Positions 1 to 9,889 of a stretch of 64,000 nt of DNA are shown piece after piece; the first letter of the stretch is position 1; every line of letters starts with the position of its first letter. The notes under the pieces were generated by a model, which was given only the letters and a program-made list of their open reading frames with translations, did not search any database and was not told the DNA's origin. The stretch is from positions 61,232 to 125,231 of the IMG/VR virus record IMGVR_UViG_3300044878_000136; one strand, written 5' to 3'. The translations under genes were made by a program, and so were the position numbers. This stretch comes from a virus (Duplodnaviria > Heunggongvirae > Uroviricota > Caudoviricetes).

Positions 1-1
1 C

Positions 2-1216
2 CCTGTCGGTGGCTGGATGACTGATCAGTGCGTGGCTGACATGATCACCTACCGTGAACGCGGTAACGGCATTATCGTCATCACCGACCACAGTGCTACC
101 AACTCCCAAGCAGCGGACGCGGCAGGGAATACCCGGCCAGGTTTCCACGGTACGGCTCAGAAGCTGGTGCGTAACTTCGGTTCGTACTTCACCGGCAACT
201 TTGACCGTACTCCGGTGAACGTAGGGTTCTTGCGGGCTACCTACGGCGACCATGCGCTGTATAACGGCATGACCAACGCGGAGTCTATCCACGCGGGTTA
301 TTCCGAATCCAAGGTGGTGGTGACCCAGTACCCCGAGTACACCAAGGCTACGGCGCCAGTGGTGAACCTGACGCAGGACGGCAAGTACGTCATCTCGATC
401 CTCGCGATCTTGAAGGACGGCACACCTGAAACTTATCGGTACGTGTTCAACATCGTACTCGGTGAGTTCCTCTGGTGGAAGTCCAGTGTCGATGGCAGTA
501 TCTTGTTGGATACCTACTCCACCAAGAAATCGGTCTCCGACTTCCTGCCTTATATCTCACCGCAGGACAACGGTACGCTATTCGGCAGCATCTTGCGCAA
601 CGGGAAGAAGATCGGCAGCTTCGTTCATGACGAATCAACAGGCACCGTTTATAAGTACCTGGCTGGCACGAACATCTACCCGGTGAACGACAAGGACACT
701 TTCACCATCGCGGTGGAAGAACCCTTCAGTTACAACAAGACGCTGACGGTGAAGCGTTACCAGCCGCCAGTGGCGCAGATCATCGATCACGCTCACACGC
801 TGAAGTTGATGGGTGTTGACGACTACGTGGGGATTCCTCCTCGCAAGCTGGTCAACAAGATCATCAAGGACATCGCTCAGTACTACCCGCAATACCCGCT
901 GCTACTTAACGGGGATGCGGCACGGGACGTGGCGATCATCCGTCGGTTCACCAGTGAGTTCGTAGGTGATGTCACCACAGCCTACATCTATGCAACCAGT
1001 GACGATGCCAAGGAAGCGCGTCGAATCCTCACCACCCAACCGAACTGCATCATCGATGCGGAGAAGAACCAGGTGTGGGAATACCAGTACCCTGAGTGGT
1101 TGCTCATCGATGGCTTGAAGGCTCAGGACTTCCTGGGTGCTCCACGCCGTGTGACGAGTATCTCCAACGGGGATAAGTTCCTGTTGCGAGCTGATGGCAC
1201 CATCGTCCAAATCTGA
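2..1216 (+). CDS. Virion structural / tail-associated protein, 5'-partial (frame open to window edge)
   Basis: Frame is open upstream of the ATG at 17 (cct gtc ggt ggc tgg atg). Phage-like codon usage; lies ahead of tail-fibre-type genes. Confidence 0.5.
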   Translation, partial: PVGGWMTDQCVADMITYRERGNGIIVITDHSATNSQAADAAGNTRPGFHGTAQKLVRNFGSYFTGNFDRTPVNVGFLRATYGDHALYNGMTNAESIHAGYSESKVVVTQYPEYTKATAPVVNLTQDGKYVISILAILKDGTPETYRYVFNIVLGEFLWWKSSVDGSILLDTYSTKKSVSDFLPYISPQDNGTLFGSILRNGKKIGSFVHDESTGTVYKYLAGTNIYPVNDKDTFTIAVEEPFSYNKTLTVKRYQPPVAQIIDHAHTLKLMGVDDYVGIPPRKLVNKIIKDIAQYYPQYPLLLNGDAARDVAIIRRFTSEFVGDVTTAYIYATSDDAKEARRILTTQPNCIIDAEKNQVWEYQYPEWLLIDGLKAQDFLGAPRRVTSISNGDKFLLRADGTIVQI

Positions 1217-1219
1217 ATG

Positions 1220-1250
1220 ATCGCGGCTTCGGCCGCGGTTTCACTCTTTT
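1220..1250 (+). terminator. Intrinsic terminator with C(UUCG)G tetraloop
   Basis: atcgcggc-ttcg-gccgcggt followed by ttcactctttt, 3 nt after the stop at 1216. Confidence 0.75.
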
Positions 1251-1264
1251 GCGAGTAAGTACTC

Positions 1265-1906
1265 ATGGCTGACACTATCTTTAAGTACCCGTTCGATCCA
1301 CTGGGTACCAGCATTACCAACCGGGTATCCGAAGAAGCGCACACGATCGGCGCATTGCGCGGTCGTATGTTTGCTGCGGACTACGGTCCGTTCTTCGGTT
1401 CCAGTGTTCTCGTCAAGGACGCGGTGACGGGCAAAGAGCTGAAGCCTGTCGAAGACTACGTGCTGGTGCACTACTACCGCGAAGCAGGCATGGCCACCGG
1501 TCAAGCCGTCTACGCTGCCGTGCGCATCATCAACCCTGACGTTAGCACCTCGATCCTCTTCACCGCTCAGATGGTCGGGGGTGAGTTCTCCTACTCCACC
1601 TTCGCTATCAAACAGGCGATCGAAGACCTGATCAACGACGACCGTCCTGTGTACTGGGGCGATCTGGTTGGTATTCCATCGCAGTTCGTTCCAGCCATGC
1701 ACTTGCACAGCGCTTACGATCTGTACGGTATGAAGTACCTGATCGAATCGAACTACGACATCGCTGCGGCTATCCGTGAAGGTGACGTGAATTCCCGGCA
1801 ACTGCTGCTGGATCAGGTCCGCCAGAAGTTCGGCGATTTGGACAACTTCATGTTGGCCTTGGCGACCAACTATCGCACCGCCGCCGCTGAACTGGCATTG
1901 ATTTAA
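1265..1906 (+). CDS. phiKZ-like virion structural protein (YPFDP-G...N...E-H N-terminus)
   Basis: 213-aa ORF; the N-terminal motif is recalled from jumbo-phage tail/baseplate proteins; context fits. Confidence 0.6.
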   Translation: MADTIFKYPFDPLGTSITNRVSEEAHTIGALRGRMFAADYGPFFGSSVLVKDAVTGKELKPVEDYVLVHYYREAGMATGQAVYAAVRIINPDVSTSILFTAQMVGGEFSYSTFAIKQAIEDLINDDRPVYWGDLVGIPSQFVPAMHLHSAYDLYGMKYLIESNYDIAAAIREGDVNSRQLLLDQVRQKFGDLDNFMLALATNYRTAAAELALI

Positions 1907-1922
1907 ACATGCGATCCTTGGA

Positions 1923-4865
1923 GTGACGAGAATGTCCCTGACGGAAGAGATGAAAGATCTTTTGGATGAGATGCAGGCAGTCAATGCTGAAATCATCGAA
2001 AAGACCGGGGGTCCAGCGGGTAGCGATACAATCGTTACGCACGCCCCCAATGCTGACAAGCTGGATGGGATGACGGCAGGCCGTGTCTCGGATCTACTCC
2101 GGGAGCGCATTCGAGCCCACATCGAGACACTGGGTCAGAACGCTCATGGTCTTCTGCCTAGTGATCTCAACACCTACAGCACCCTCGAGTTCAACAGCAA
2201 GCTCGATAGCTACCTCGACATCAACGGCAATGGTCCGCTGTCGTTCTACGGTGACCGGGAGTATCTCCCACCTACCGTGACCGGTTCGTTTGAATCTGGG
2301 GTGAACTGGGCACCATGGGGTTTCGTCGGCATGTTCCTTGAGGACAACGGCACCCTCATGATGCTCCGTACCGGTACGGACGGCGTGAAGGCAGGTGTGT
2401 ACTACTCGTACCTGCGTAACGCCTTGAACACCGGGCTGCTGTCTGACATCGTGATGACCAACGCCCGGTACAACCCGGCTTACTTCCCGAGCGGTTCGTT
2501 TGCTCGTGCGGTACTGTACGCCAACCAAGACCTAATCATCGGCATCTTGGCGGACAAGAACACCCAGGCCATCACGGGTTACTTCGTCTCCTTGACGAAC
2601 AACACCTACGACCAGTCCAAACACACTGGTATCGTGATCCCACCAGGTACCATCATCAACCCGTACATCACGGGCGAGTGCGTGCTGCGTGGTATTCCGA
2701 TCGGGTTCCTGAAAGACGGCGCGGTTTATCTGCTGGTCAACAAAGACACGGCGGACAACCAGTCGTCGGGCTGGAAGGTCTATTCGATCCCTAAGCAGAA
2801 CATGATCGAATCCAACTACGTTGCTCCTACACCGATCACCGGCTGGACGATCAACCGCGGTGTGGCAGGTGTGGTGTCTCGCACCGACTTGGATTGGGCG
2901 GACAATCAGTACGACCTGGTTACGCGCACCGATGCGCGGCAGACGGTGGCTGTGGCTGATCGGTATAACGCGCCGTATTACACCCAGACGTTGGACAACG
3001 GCCAGATGTGGATGTGTCATCCGCACTACATGTGGTTCCGTGACTCTGCCTTGCTGGTTCAAGATCTCCAGTGGGCAAGTCACTTTACGTTCCAGTTCGA
3101 TCCGGTGAGTAAGGTTGTTGATGTTTCCCAATACTTCAACGACAAGCCGACTGTGACGTTTGACTCGCCAACCGTGTGGTCACCTAAGGGTGGTGCGGCA
3201 AACGCCTGGTGGAACAACGCGAACAGCCACATCAACCAATACAGCGGCCAGCTCTCGGTACGTACGTTCATCACGCCTAACAACGTCGTGTTCTACTACC
3301 GGACGAGCGTTCTCTACACCAGCCGTTCGTTGGGCCGTGCTGAGTATTCGGCAGATCAGTCGTTCAAGGACATCCTCCGCGGCGCTGGGGTGAAGTCATC
3401 GAACCTCATCGCCAGCTTCGAGGGTCGTTACGCCAGTCCATGTTCGTTCCTGTTTGCCACGGTCTCCAACTTCGGGGATCTGGTACTCACCGGTCAGAAC
3501 ACCGGGTGGAACAAAGCCAACCAGGTTCAGCGGATGTTCTTCCGCGCTGGTACGGACAGTACGTTCACCTACCAGTACGGCAGTCTCCAGGGTTACAACT
3601 TCCTGGGTAACCCTCCGACGTCTGATCGGAGCTGGCTGGAAGACTATCCGGGGACCAACAAGACCGACCTGTATAACTGCGTGAACGAAACGGATGCGTC
3701 TGGTTGGTTGGTACACCAGGCTCGTTACGACAACTACGTAGAGCCAACCCGTCGTAGTGGATCGGCCAACATCAACACCGCCATGGTGGGGAGTGGTACG
3801 GTCAGTATCTCCCAAGCAGCGTTCGCTAGTTTGGAAGGTCCTCTACGTGCTGACTTGGCGGCTAACGTCGGTGGTGGTTACGGTAACGGGGTTGATCTCT
3901 GGTACGAGGTTATCGTCCCTCAGCGCTATTCTGACATGCCTGCATTTGTTTACGGACATTACGTAGGCGCTGATCGGAAGACACGGTTCTTCGTCTACTC
4001 GGTCAACGTCAACGCGCGCGCTGCTGTGACGTCGGCGACTCTGGTTCCGGGTAGTCGTCAGATCATCGAGTCACCGCACGGTAACGGTAACTCGCTGGGG
4101 ATTAGCTTCTCGGTACGTGACTCGGGTCAGGTTGCCATTCGTCGGGCCAACGGCGGGTTCTACGTGGGACTCACCACGCAGGGTCGCTACACGTTCATCG
4201 GTAACAGTGTGGCCAGTGCCATGTTGATGCAATGGACGCCAGGCGGTGGTTGGACGTTCCCATTGGGGTACGACTACGACCAGCAGACGATTTCGATCAC
4301 CGGTTTCCTCAACATGTCGCACGGTCTGTACGTGACGTTCACGACGGAGAACCACCGTGGGTCGATCGACTGTGGTACGAAGTTGCTGGGTCAGTTGATC
4401 AGTAACGGCGGTGCGCCGGAACTCCCGACGCTGAACCATTATCGTGCCCGGATGACGGATCCAAACACTACGCGGATCTTCCTGTCGCAACAAACCGTGA
4501 CAGCGTGGACGGTGTACTTCGCTGACCCGACGCCTGTGATGATCGAAGGTCTCTACTACGAGCTGGGTGTTTACGCACACTACCTCAACGCAGCGACCGA
4601 TGCGAACAAGACGTTCTATGCGTGGGCAGTTCGTTCGAATGGTGCGGTGTCCTACCACATCACCACTAACCCGGCGATCCCGACTGGGTTCGAGGCGCAA
4701 CTCTACCTCGGCTTCTTCTCTACCAACTCGGCAGGTCTTGCTGTGGTGGCGATTGAGAAGCGTGTGGCTGTGGGCGGTACGTTGATCTCGACCACCTCTC
4801 GCGGTAAATCCATCCCAGTGACTGCCGGTGTACCAAACACCCCAGGTCGCCTCAGCTGGAAATAA
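1923..4865 (+). CDS. Tail fibre-like protein (980 aa; ATG at 1932 is an alternative start)
   Basis: N-terminal AH...NAHG motif; G/S/T/N/W/Y-rich beta-type body; C-terminal module shared with the next two ORFs. Confidence 0.65.
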   Translation: MTRMSLTEEMKDLLDEMQAVNAEIIEKTGGPAGSDTIVTHAPNADKLDGMTAGRVSDLLRERIRAHIETLGQNAHGLLPSDLNTYSTLEFNSKLDSYLDINGNGPLSFYGDREYLPPTVTGSFESGVNWAPWGFVGMFLEDNGTLMMLRTGTDGVKAGVYYSYLRNALNTGLLSDIVMTNARYNPAYFPSGSFARAVLYANQDLIIGILADKNTQAITGYFVSLTNNTYDQSKHTGIVIPPGTIINPYITGECVLRGIPIGFLKDGAVYLLVNKDTADNQSSGWKVYSIPKQNMIESNYVAPTPITGWTINRGVAGVVSRTDLDWADNQYDLVTRTDARQTVAVADRYNAPYYTQTLDNGQMWMCHPHYMWFRDSALLVQDLQWASHFTFQFDPVSKVVDVSQYFNDKPTVTFDSPTVWSPKGGAANAWWNNANSHINQYSGQLSVRTFITPNNVVFYYRTSVLYTSRSLGRAEYSADQSFKDILRGAGVKSSNLIASFEGRYASPCSFLFATVSNFGDLVLTGQNTGWNKANQVQRMFFRAGTDSTFTYQYGSLQGYNFLGNPPTSDRSWLEDYPGTNKTDLYNCVNETDASGWLVHQARYDNYVEPTRRSGSANINTAMVGSGTVSISQAAFASLEGPLRADLAANVGGGYGNGVDLWYEVIVPQRYSDMPAFVYGHYVGADRKTRFFVYSVNVNARAAVTSATLVPGSRQIIESPHGNGNSLGISFSVRDSGQVAIRRANGGFYVGLTTQGRYTFIGNSVASAMLMQWTPGGGWTFPLGYDYDQQTISITGFLNMSHGLYVTFTTENHRGSIDCGTKLLGQLISNGGAPELPTLNHYRARMTDPNTTRIFLSQQTVTAWTVYFADPTPVMIEGLYYELGVYAHYLNAATDANKTFYAWAVRSNGAVSYHITTNPAIPTGFEAQLYLGFFSTNSAGLAVVAIEKRVAVGGTLISTTSRGKSIPVTAGVPNTPGRLSWK

Positions 4866-4867
4866 AC

Positions 4868-5545
4868 ATGTCTACTACACCAGAAATCGTCGCCGAGATT
4901 ACGGAAGAGTTCATCAAGTGGCGGGACGAAATCCTCCGTCTACTTGGTGCAGACAACGCACAGCCGGAAGTCATCACGGGTAGCGTCGGTGGTCTTACGT
5001 ACGCACAGATCGTGGCCATCATTGACCAGGAACTGCTTGCGCACATCAACACCCGAACGGCACACGGGTTGACCCTGGCTGGTTTGGGTGGGATGTCGAA
5101 GCCTACGTTCGATACGTTGATGAAGTCGTACTACCCGAAAGCGGGGATGCCATTCACCACAGTGAAGGGTGTTCCGTACTCGGTAGTGGGTACGGTGTTG
5201 AAGGTGGCGGATATCCCGTTCATGTGGATGGGTCGTACGCTGACAGCGACCGGTGGTACGTTCAATGCCACCACGACGCGTCAATACGTCAAGTTCAGGA
5301 TCTCAACTTCTGCCAGCGGTAATAAGCAGGTGGACGTGATCCTGTCCGCGGATGCGTTGGAAGACGTCAACAACATCATCGTTGGTCATGTACAGGTGGT
5401 GGCTGGTGTTGCCCAAGCTGTCTTCACGGATGTGGTGCGTATTGGTTACGCGGCTATCAGTCAGACTCGTCGCGGTTACGCGATCCCTGCAACGCCGGGC
5501 ACACCGACACAGCCACAATCCCTCCCAGCGAGCTGGTTCTCGTAA
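4868..5545 (+). CDS. Tail fibre-associated virion protein (paralogue of neighbours)
   Basis: LAHINTRTAHG motif and ISQTRRGYAIP C-terminal module. Confidence 0.6.
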   Translation: MSTTPEIVAEITEEFIKWRDEILRLLGADNAQPEVITGSVGGLTYAQIVAIIDQELLAHINTRTAHGLTLAGLGGMSKPTFDTLMKSYYPKAGMPFTTVKGVPYSVVGTVLKVADIPFMWMGRTLTATGGTFNATTTRQYVKFRISTSASGNKQVDVILSADALEDVNNIIVGHVQVVAGVAQAVFTDVVRIGYAAISQTRRGYAIPATPGTPTQPQSLPASWFS

Positions 5546-5557
5546 TCAGAGGTCATC

Positions 5558-6289
5558 ATGGCAGATACAGACGCCACAAAGCTCCTGAACTATTACTTTG
5601 CGCAGTATCAGGCTAATATCGTCCGACTGTTGAAACGTCCTAAGCGTGCACGCATCATCGCCGCGAATACCGACACACTCAACGGTCAGACGGTAGCGCA
5701 ACTCCTCGCGGGGGCAAGGGCTGACCTTGCTGCCCACGCGGCGTTAATGAACAACCCGCACCAGGAAACGATCCGGACCATTGGTTCGTTTGAAGATTCC
5801 TACGTGCGGGGTGAGGCGGTGAAGAAGATCCCGAGTGGTATTCTTCCCATCTCGACGTATGGTATTGGCGATGAGCTGACTGATGCACAAATGCAGGCAG
5901 CTTGGACCAGTTCGGGTTGGATCTTGACATGCAACCTCGCACTGAACGTGATCATCTCCGGTACGCCGTTCTTGATTCCGATCACCAGCATCGACATACG
6001 CACCATCGATGCAGCGCCAGCCAACAAAACCTTCCACGTCTTCGTCTACCTGCGCTACGGTGTGGTGTCGTATCGGATCAGTACCGATACACCGCCTGAG
6101 GGTAACTCGATTATGTACATCGGGACCATCACCACCAACGCGGCAGGGATCGTGACGCGGTCCTTCAAAACTGTACTGCGTATCGACACCTTCCGTCTGT
6201 CCCAGACGCCTATCGGCTCTGCGATCCCGGTACAAGGTGGTACGTACGACGCTCCGGTCGCATTCCCAACGACCTGGAACCCAGCTTAA
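5558..6289 (+). CDS. Tail fibre-associated virion protein (paralogue of neighbours)
   Basis: LAAHAALMNNPH motif and LSQTPIGSAIP C-terminal module; SD gaggt. Confidence 0.6.
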   Translation: MADTDATKLLNYYFAQYQANIVRLLKRPKRARIIAANTDTLNGQTVAQLLAGARADLAAHAALMNNPHQETIRTIGSFEDSYVRGEAVKKIPSGILPISTYGIGDELTDAQMQAAWTSSGWILTCNLALNVIISGTPFLIPITSIDIRTIDAAPANKTFHVFVYLRYGVVSYRISTDTPPEGNSIMYIGTITTNAAGIVTRSFKTVLRIDTFRLSQTPIGSAIPVQGGTYDAPVAFPTTWNPA

Positions 6290-6301
6290 TCGGAGAGCAG
6301 C

Positions 6302-6937
6302 ATGACTCAACCAGTACCGGAATACCCAACCAACGTACAGGCCTCCAACCCCTACGACGGTATCGACCGTGGTCTGTTCCTGATTCAGGGCCCGGTTCCT
6401 AAATTCGGCCGTGTGCACGCTGCTCGTTGGCAAGCACACGGTCCTAACGGCGGTATTGGTCGTCTGGAATACCAGATCATGGTTTTCAATGCTAGACCGA
6501 CCACCAACGCTCAGTACATGGGCGGTACGTTGGCCACTGCTCCAGATGGTAGCAAGTGGTTTGACTGCTTGGTGCGGGGTAGTCTGCTTCCTCCGATCAT
6601 GGTGGAATACTGGGCACGTACCAGTTATCTCGGTTATTACACCAACCACGAGATCACTGATGCGGTCCTTCTGTCTGATGTGGAGAAATCCACCGCAGTT
6701 GAACAAGCAGAGACCCTCACGGCGACCATGGGACGTTCTCTGGAGCTCGATACCATCGACTTCGTTGTGACGTACAACCAAACACTCGGAACCGCCTTGC
6801 TGCGCAGCTCAGCGGCGCTGAAGATCGGTTACGGCCCAACCACCAACAAGAAAGAAATCACCCTGACGTCGTTCAGTCAGGAGTTCTTTGATCCAGTGCA
6901 GTACGCATTGGCTCACCTTAAATCCTTGAGGGTGTAA
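6302..6937 (+). CDS. Hypothetical, probably virion protein
   Basis: 211-aa ORF with SD ggag, in the structural operon. Confidence 0.5.
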   Translation: MTQPVPEYPTNVQASNPYDGIDRGLFLIQGPVPKFGRVHAARWQAHGPNGGIGRLEYQIMVFNARPTTNAQYMGGTLATAPDGSKWFDCLVRGSLLPPIMVEYWARTSYLGYYTNHEITDAVLLSDVEKSTAVEQAETLTATMGRSLELDTIDFVVTYNQTLGTALLRSSAALKIGYGPTTNKKEITLTSFSQEFFDPVQYALAHLKSLRV

Positions 6938-6940
6938 AGC

Positions 6941-7615
6941 ATGGCCGCTATTGCTAACAAGACCATCACCGAGACTCAGACGTGGCTCAAGCAATTGGGT
7001 TACAATCCGGGTATCGTGGATGGTGTTTGGGGTAACAACTCCGAGAAAGCCTACCAGGCACTCATCGCGAACAACATCGTCAATGGCGATCTGGCGGTAA
7101 TCCCTTGGGGCGTGAAGTTCACTGACCAAGAAATCGCCAAACTGCGTCAAGTGGTGCGCAACCTCGGTTTACCACTGCATAACGTCCAGGACTTCATGGG
7201 CTGCATGGCATGGGAGACGGGTGAGACCTTCAGTCCATCGGTCAAGTCGCCTGTCTCGACTGCTACTGGTCTGATCCAGTTCATGCGCGACACAGCGATC
7301 GCTCTTGGTACGACTGTCGACGCCTTGGCGAAGATGACTGTGGTCGAGCAACTGGGTTACGTGGAGAAACACTTCCTGCCTTATCGCAAGAAGATCCAGA
7401 ACCTGGGCGACATCTACCTCGCCATCCTGTGGCCGGTAGGTGTGGGTAAAGACGACACCTACGTTCTGTGGAAAGAAGGCGACAGCCAGTACATCCCGAA
7501 CAAAGGTATCGACTTCAACGCTGACGGCGTGATCACCCGCTTGGAGTGCATACAGAAAGTGCGCAACAAGTTGGTGAAAGGTTTCCTGCCTGGCAACGTT
7601 CGCAAGGTTGCGTAA
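6941..7615 (+). CDS. Modular endolysin: N-terminal peptidoglycan-binding domain + lysozyme-like/lytic transglycosylase domain
   Basis: QTWLKQLGYNPGIVDGVWGNNSEKA (PG_binding_1-like); AWETG candidate catalytic Glu; ATGLIQFM; phiKZ gp144-like architecture. Confidence 0.85.
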   Translation: MAAIANKTITETQTWLKQLGYNPGIVDGVWGNNSEKAYQALIANNIVNGDLAVIPWGVKFTDQEIAKLRQVVRNLGLPLHNVQDFMGCMAWETGETFSPSVKSPVSTATGLIQFMRDTAIALGTTVDALAKMTVVEQLGYVEKHFLPYRKKIQNLGDIYLAILWPVGVGKDDTYVLWKEGDSQYIPNKGIDFNADGVITRLECIQKVRNKLVKGFLPGNVRKVA

Positions 7616-7668
7616 ACAAAAAAAAGAAAGCTAGAGACAGGAGCGCAAGCTCCTGTCTCTATGCTGTT
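7616..7668. terminator. Bidirectional terminator (U-tract on minus, TATGC on plus)
   Basis: 13-bp stem tagagacaggagc-gcaa-gctcctgtctcta between convergent genes; A-tract on the left. Confidence 0.85.
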
Positions 7669-7852
7669 AACGTATCGCTACGACCGCGCAGAGGCGACCA
7701 AGTTTACGGATGCGGTTCTTCGCACGCAGGGACTTGTTGTTCCAGATCTGTTGGGCTAGCTTGTGCATACTCTTCCGACGGTAGGTCGTAGGTTCGCGAG
7801 GCGGCATAACGAAGTTGAATGTATCGCCACAGAAGTCTGCGTTAGGCGTCAT
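7667..7852 (-). CDS. Small basic hypothetical protein (61 aa)
   Basis: SD ggaga about 6 nt upstream of the ATG; K/R-rich C-terminal half. Confidence 0.5.
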   Translation of the reverse strand: MTPNADFCGDTFNFVMPPREPTTYRRKSMHKLAQQIWNNKSLRAKNRIRKLGRLCAVVAIR

Positions 7853-7865
7853 GGTAATCTCCAGA

Positions 7866-7904
7866 TAAAAGAAAAGGTGTGAGTGGCGGGGATTGCTCCC
7901 CGCC
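7866..7904 (-). terminator. Intrinsic terminator
   Basis: 8-bp stem ggcgggga/tccccgcc with a GCAA loop on minus, followed by a U-rich tract on minus. Confidence 0.7.
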
Positions 7905-7910
7905 CTCCAT

Positions 7911-8270
7911 TTAGAACACGATCACATTGGTGATCTCGCCGATGCCTTGATAGGCTTGGCAGGCTGCGTACAGATCAGCGTGTTTCTTCGGCCAGATGAC
8001 TGCACCGACGCTGGAAGTTTCCAGTACCAGTTTACCTTCATCGTCCAACCCGATTGGATTGAGGCAGAAGTACTCGTACTGACTGAACAGCGGAACGACG
8101 TGAGTCACGCCATTGTTCTTGAACTCAGCAACACCAGTAACCTTCATGGTGTCTTTGCCACTGTTGTGGCCATCGCGCAGGACGCATTTGTCGTTGCGCA
8201 GTGCAGCTGCCACGGCGACGATGTCGCGGTGGTTCAAACGGGAGATTGCGTTCATGCTAATGTCCTCCAC
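7911..8270 (-). CDS. Hypothetical protein
   Basis: 119-aa ORF in a co-oriented early-type cluster. Confidence 0.6.
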   Translation of the reverse strand: MEDISMNAISRLNHRDIVAVAAALRNDKCVLRDGHNSGKDTMKVTGVAEFKNNGVTHVVPLFSQYEYFCLNPIGLDDEGKLVLETSSVGAVIWPKKHADLYAACQAYQGIGEITNVIVF

Positions 8271-8295
8271 GGACTAGGGTAAGATTGTGTTGCGA

Positions 8296-8553
8296 TTAAC
8301 CGATGTACTTGTTGCCTTCGTACTTCAGCTCGAAGCGTTGTTGCTCGACAGCGAACTCGGAGATGTACTCCAGCATGTGGACCATGCCATCGCGGAGTAC
8401 CAGCTCGTTGGGACGACTCCCACAGGTCGACACCCCAACTACCCAGAGACGATCGAGTTTGGAGATAACGATCTCGCCTTCGATGCCATCTTTGATCGCT
8501 GCGTTAACAACGTTCTCAACGTACGGTACTTCGTGAGTGAATGCTTGTGCCAT
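8296..8553 (-). CDS. Hypothetical protein (start corrected to MAQAF)
   Basis: AGGAGG SD upstream of the ATG at 8553. Confidence 0.6.
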   Translation of the reverse strand: MAQAFTHEVPYVENVVNAAIKDGIEGEIVISKLDRLWVVGVSTCGSRPNELVLRDGMVHMLEYISEFAVEQQRFELKYEGNKYIG

Positions 8554-8614
8554 GTTACTGACCTCCTCGGTCTCAGGATGGGAGAGGATAACCTCTCCCG
8601 GATTTACCACCGCA

Positions 8615-9001
8615 TTAAACGGCGAAGTATTTCACTTCATTAAGGATCTTGTTTACCAGGACGACTGGTACGATCAGGCCAGCCGGAGCTTCCTTCAGAT
8701 CGTCTGCCAGATCAACCATGATCGCATCGACGCGAGCTTGATCTTCAAGCGCCAGGTAACCGTCAACATACTCGGTACCGATCAGGCGATTGTAGAACAT
8801 CTTGGCGCGCTCCAAGGCGATCTCCATCTGTTCTTGATCCAGCTTGGACTCATCGTAACCGGTGACTTCTTTCACCTTGGCTACGATGTCGTTCATCTGT
8901 TTCAGAACTTCATCCGACAGACGCACCAGGATGGTACCGCTGTTGGTGATGGTGTTACGCAGGATGGCTTCAACGGATGCCAGAGTGATTGCGTTGTTCA
9001 T
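8615..9001 (-). CDS. Hypothetical protein
   Basis: 128-aa ORF with SD gaggagg, downstream of the TACAT promoter motif. Confidence 0.65.
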   Translation of the reverse strand: MNNAITLASVEAILRNTITNSGTILVRLSDEVLKQMNDIVAKVKEVTGYDESKLDQEQMEIALERAKMFYNRLIGTEYVDGYLALEDQARVDAIMVDLADDLKEAPAGLIVPVVLVNKILNEVKYFAV

Positions 9002-9060
9002 GTTGCTGTCCTCCTCGGACTTAGGTTTGATCCTTATGGATCAGTGGGATTGTTCACGCT

Positions 9061-9090
9061 GACTATGTATGACTGAAAGAATTTTAACTG
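9061..9090 (-). promoter_or_regulatory. Putative phage early promoter (TACAT motif)
   Basis: gactatgtatgactgaa is an identical 17-mer to 35824-35840; both lie upstream of minus-strand gene clusters. Confidence 0.65.
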
Positions 9091-9135
9091 CAAAAAAGAA
9101 CGGATACCAGTAGGCCGTGAAGCCTACTGGTATCC
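9091..9135 (-). terminator. Intrinsic terminator
   Basis: 14-bp stem ggataccagtaggc/gcctactggtatcc plus a U-tract on minus. Confidence 0.8.
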
Positions 9136-9141
9136 TATCCG

Positions 9142-9627
9142 TTATCGCGTCAGCTTATCAAGCAGATCCCACAGCCAGGTAACCATCCGCATACCGTCAT
9201 TCGTTTCACCCTCGGTAATGCGCAACGTGAGTGGGGAGTAGACTTTCCCACGAGTACGCACTTCGAAGTTGACGACATGGGCGTGGAAGTTAACCCAACC
9301 ATGCTCGCAAGTGACATGGGCGTTGGTATCCATGGTGACGATAACATCGCTACGGTGTTCGTCACCATCGAACAGCGTCCTCACGGACAAATCCAACTGC
9401 ACGCACCCCATTGGTCGTTTAGGACAATCGACTACTTCGCGTCGGAAGTGCTGGAACACCGCCGGTTCAGGATGACCGTTCGCGAAGTGTGCGGGAGCGA
9501 GCACCTCGTTGATTCGAATGATCAGATCCTGAATCTCTGCGTTGTAGTTTCTCCTTACAATGCCTTGCATCATCCACCCCATTGGCGAGGTAATAACCCC
9601 GGCCATTGATCTGTAATTGTTTGACAT
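9142..9627 (-). CDS. Hypothetical protein (start uncertain; overlaps 9467-9886)
   Basis: Long ORF ending at the terminator; codon usage looks coding at least from about 9545 downward. Confidence 0.5.
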   Translation of the reverse strand: MSNNYRSMAGVITSPMGWMMQGIVRRNYNAEIQDLIIRINEVLAPAHFANGHPEPAVFQHFRREVVDCPKRPMGCVQLDLSVRTLFDGDEHRSDVIVTMDTNAHVTCEHGWVNFHAHVVNFEVRTRGKVYSPLTLRITEGETNDGMRMVTWLWDLLDKLTR

Positions 9628-9886
9628 GTCCAGAGGCGATAGCATATTTCAGCACTTCATCGTCAACGGCAGCATAGACCATCTCCAGATAGCGAACATC
9701 CTCACCCTGTACATCCACCTTATCGATCAATGCTTCGATCATCCGGCGTTTGAACAGATACTCCAAGGATGCTGGAGGGTCAGGGTCATCCACCCCGAAC
9801 TTCAGAGCAGAGACCCGATCTATCGCTGCACGCAATGCAGGACAATGTCCTATAAAGGTTGCGCGTGTATCAATACCCCAAAACAC
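9467..9886 (-). CDS. Hypothetical protein (GTG start)
   Basis: SD ggag upstream of the GTG, 3 nt after the previous stop; 3' end overlaps the next ORF. Confidence 0.5.
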   Translation of the reverse strand: MFWGIDTRATFIGHCPALRAAIDRVSALKFGVDDPDPPASLEYLFKRRMIEALIDKVDVQGEDVRYLEMVYAAVDDEVLKYAIASGHVKQLQINGRGYYLANGVDDARHCKEKLQRRDSGSDHSNQRGARSRTLRERSS

Positions 9887-9889
9887 GGG

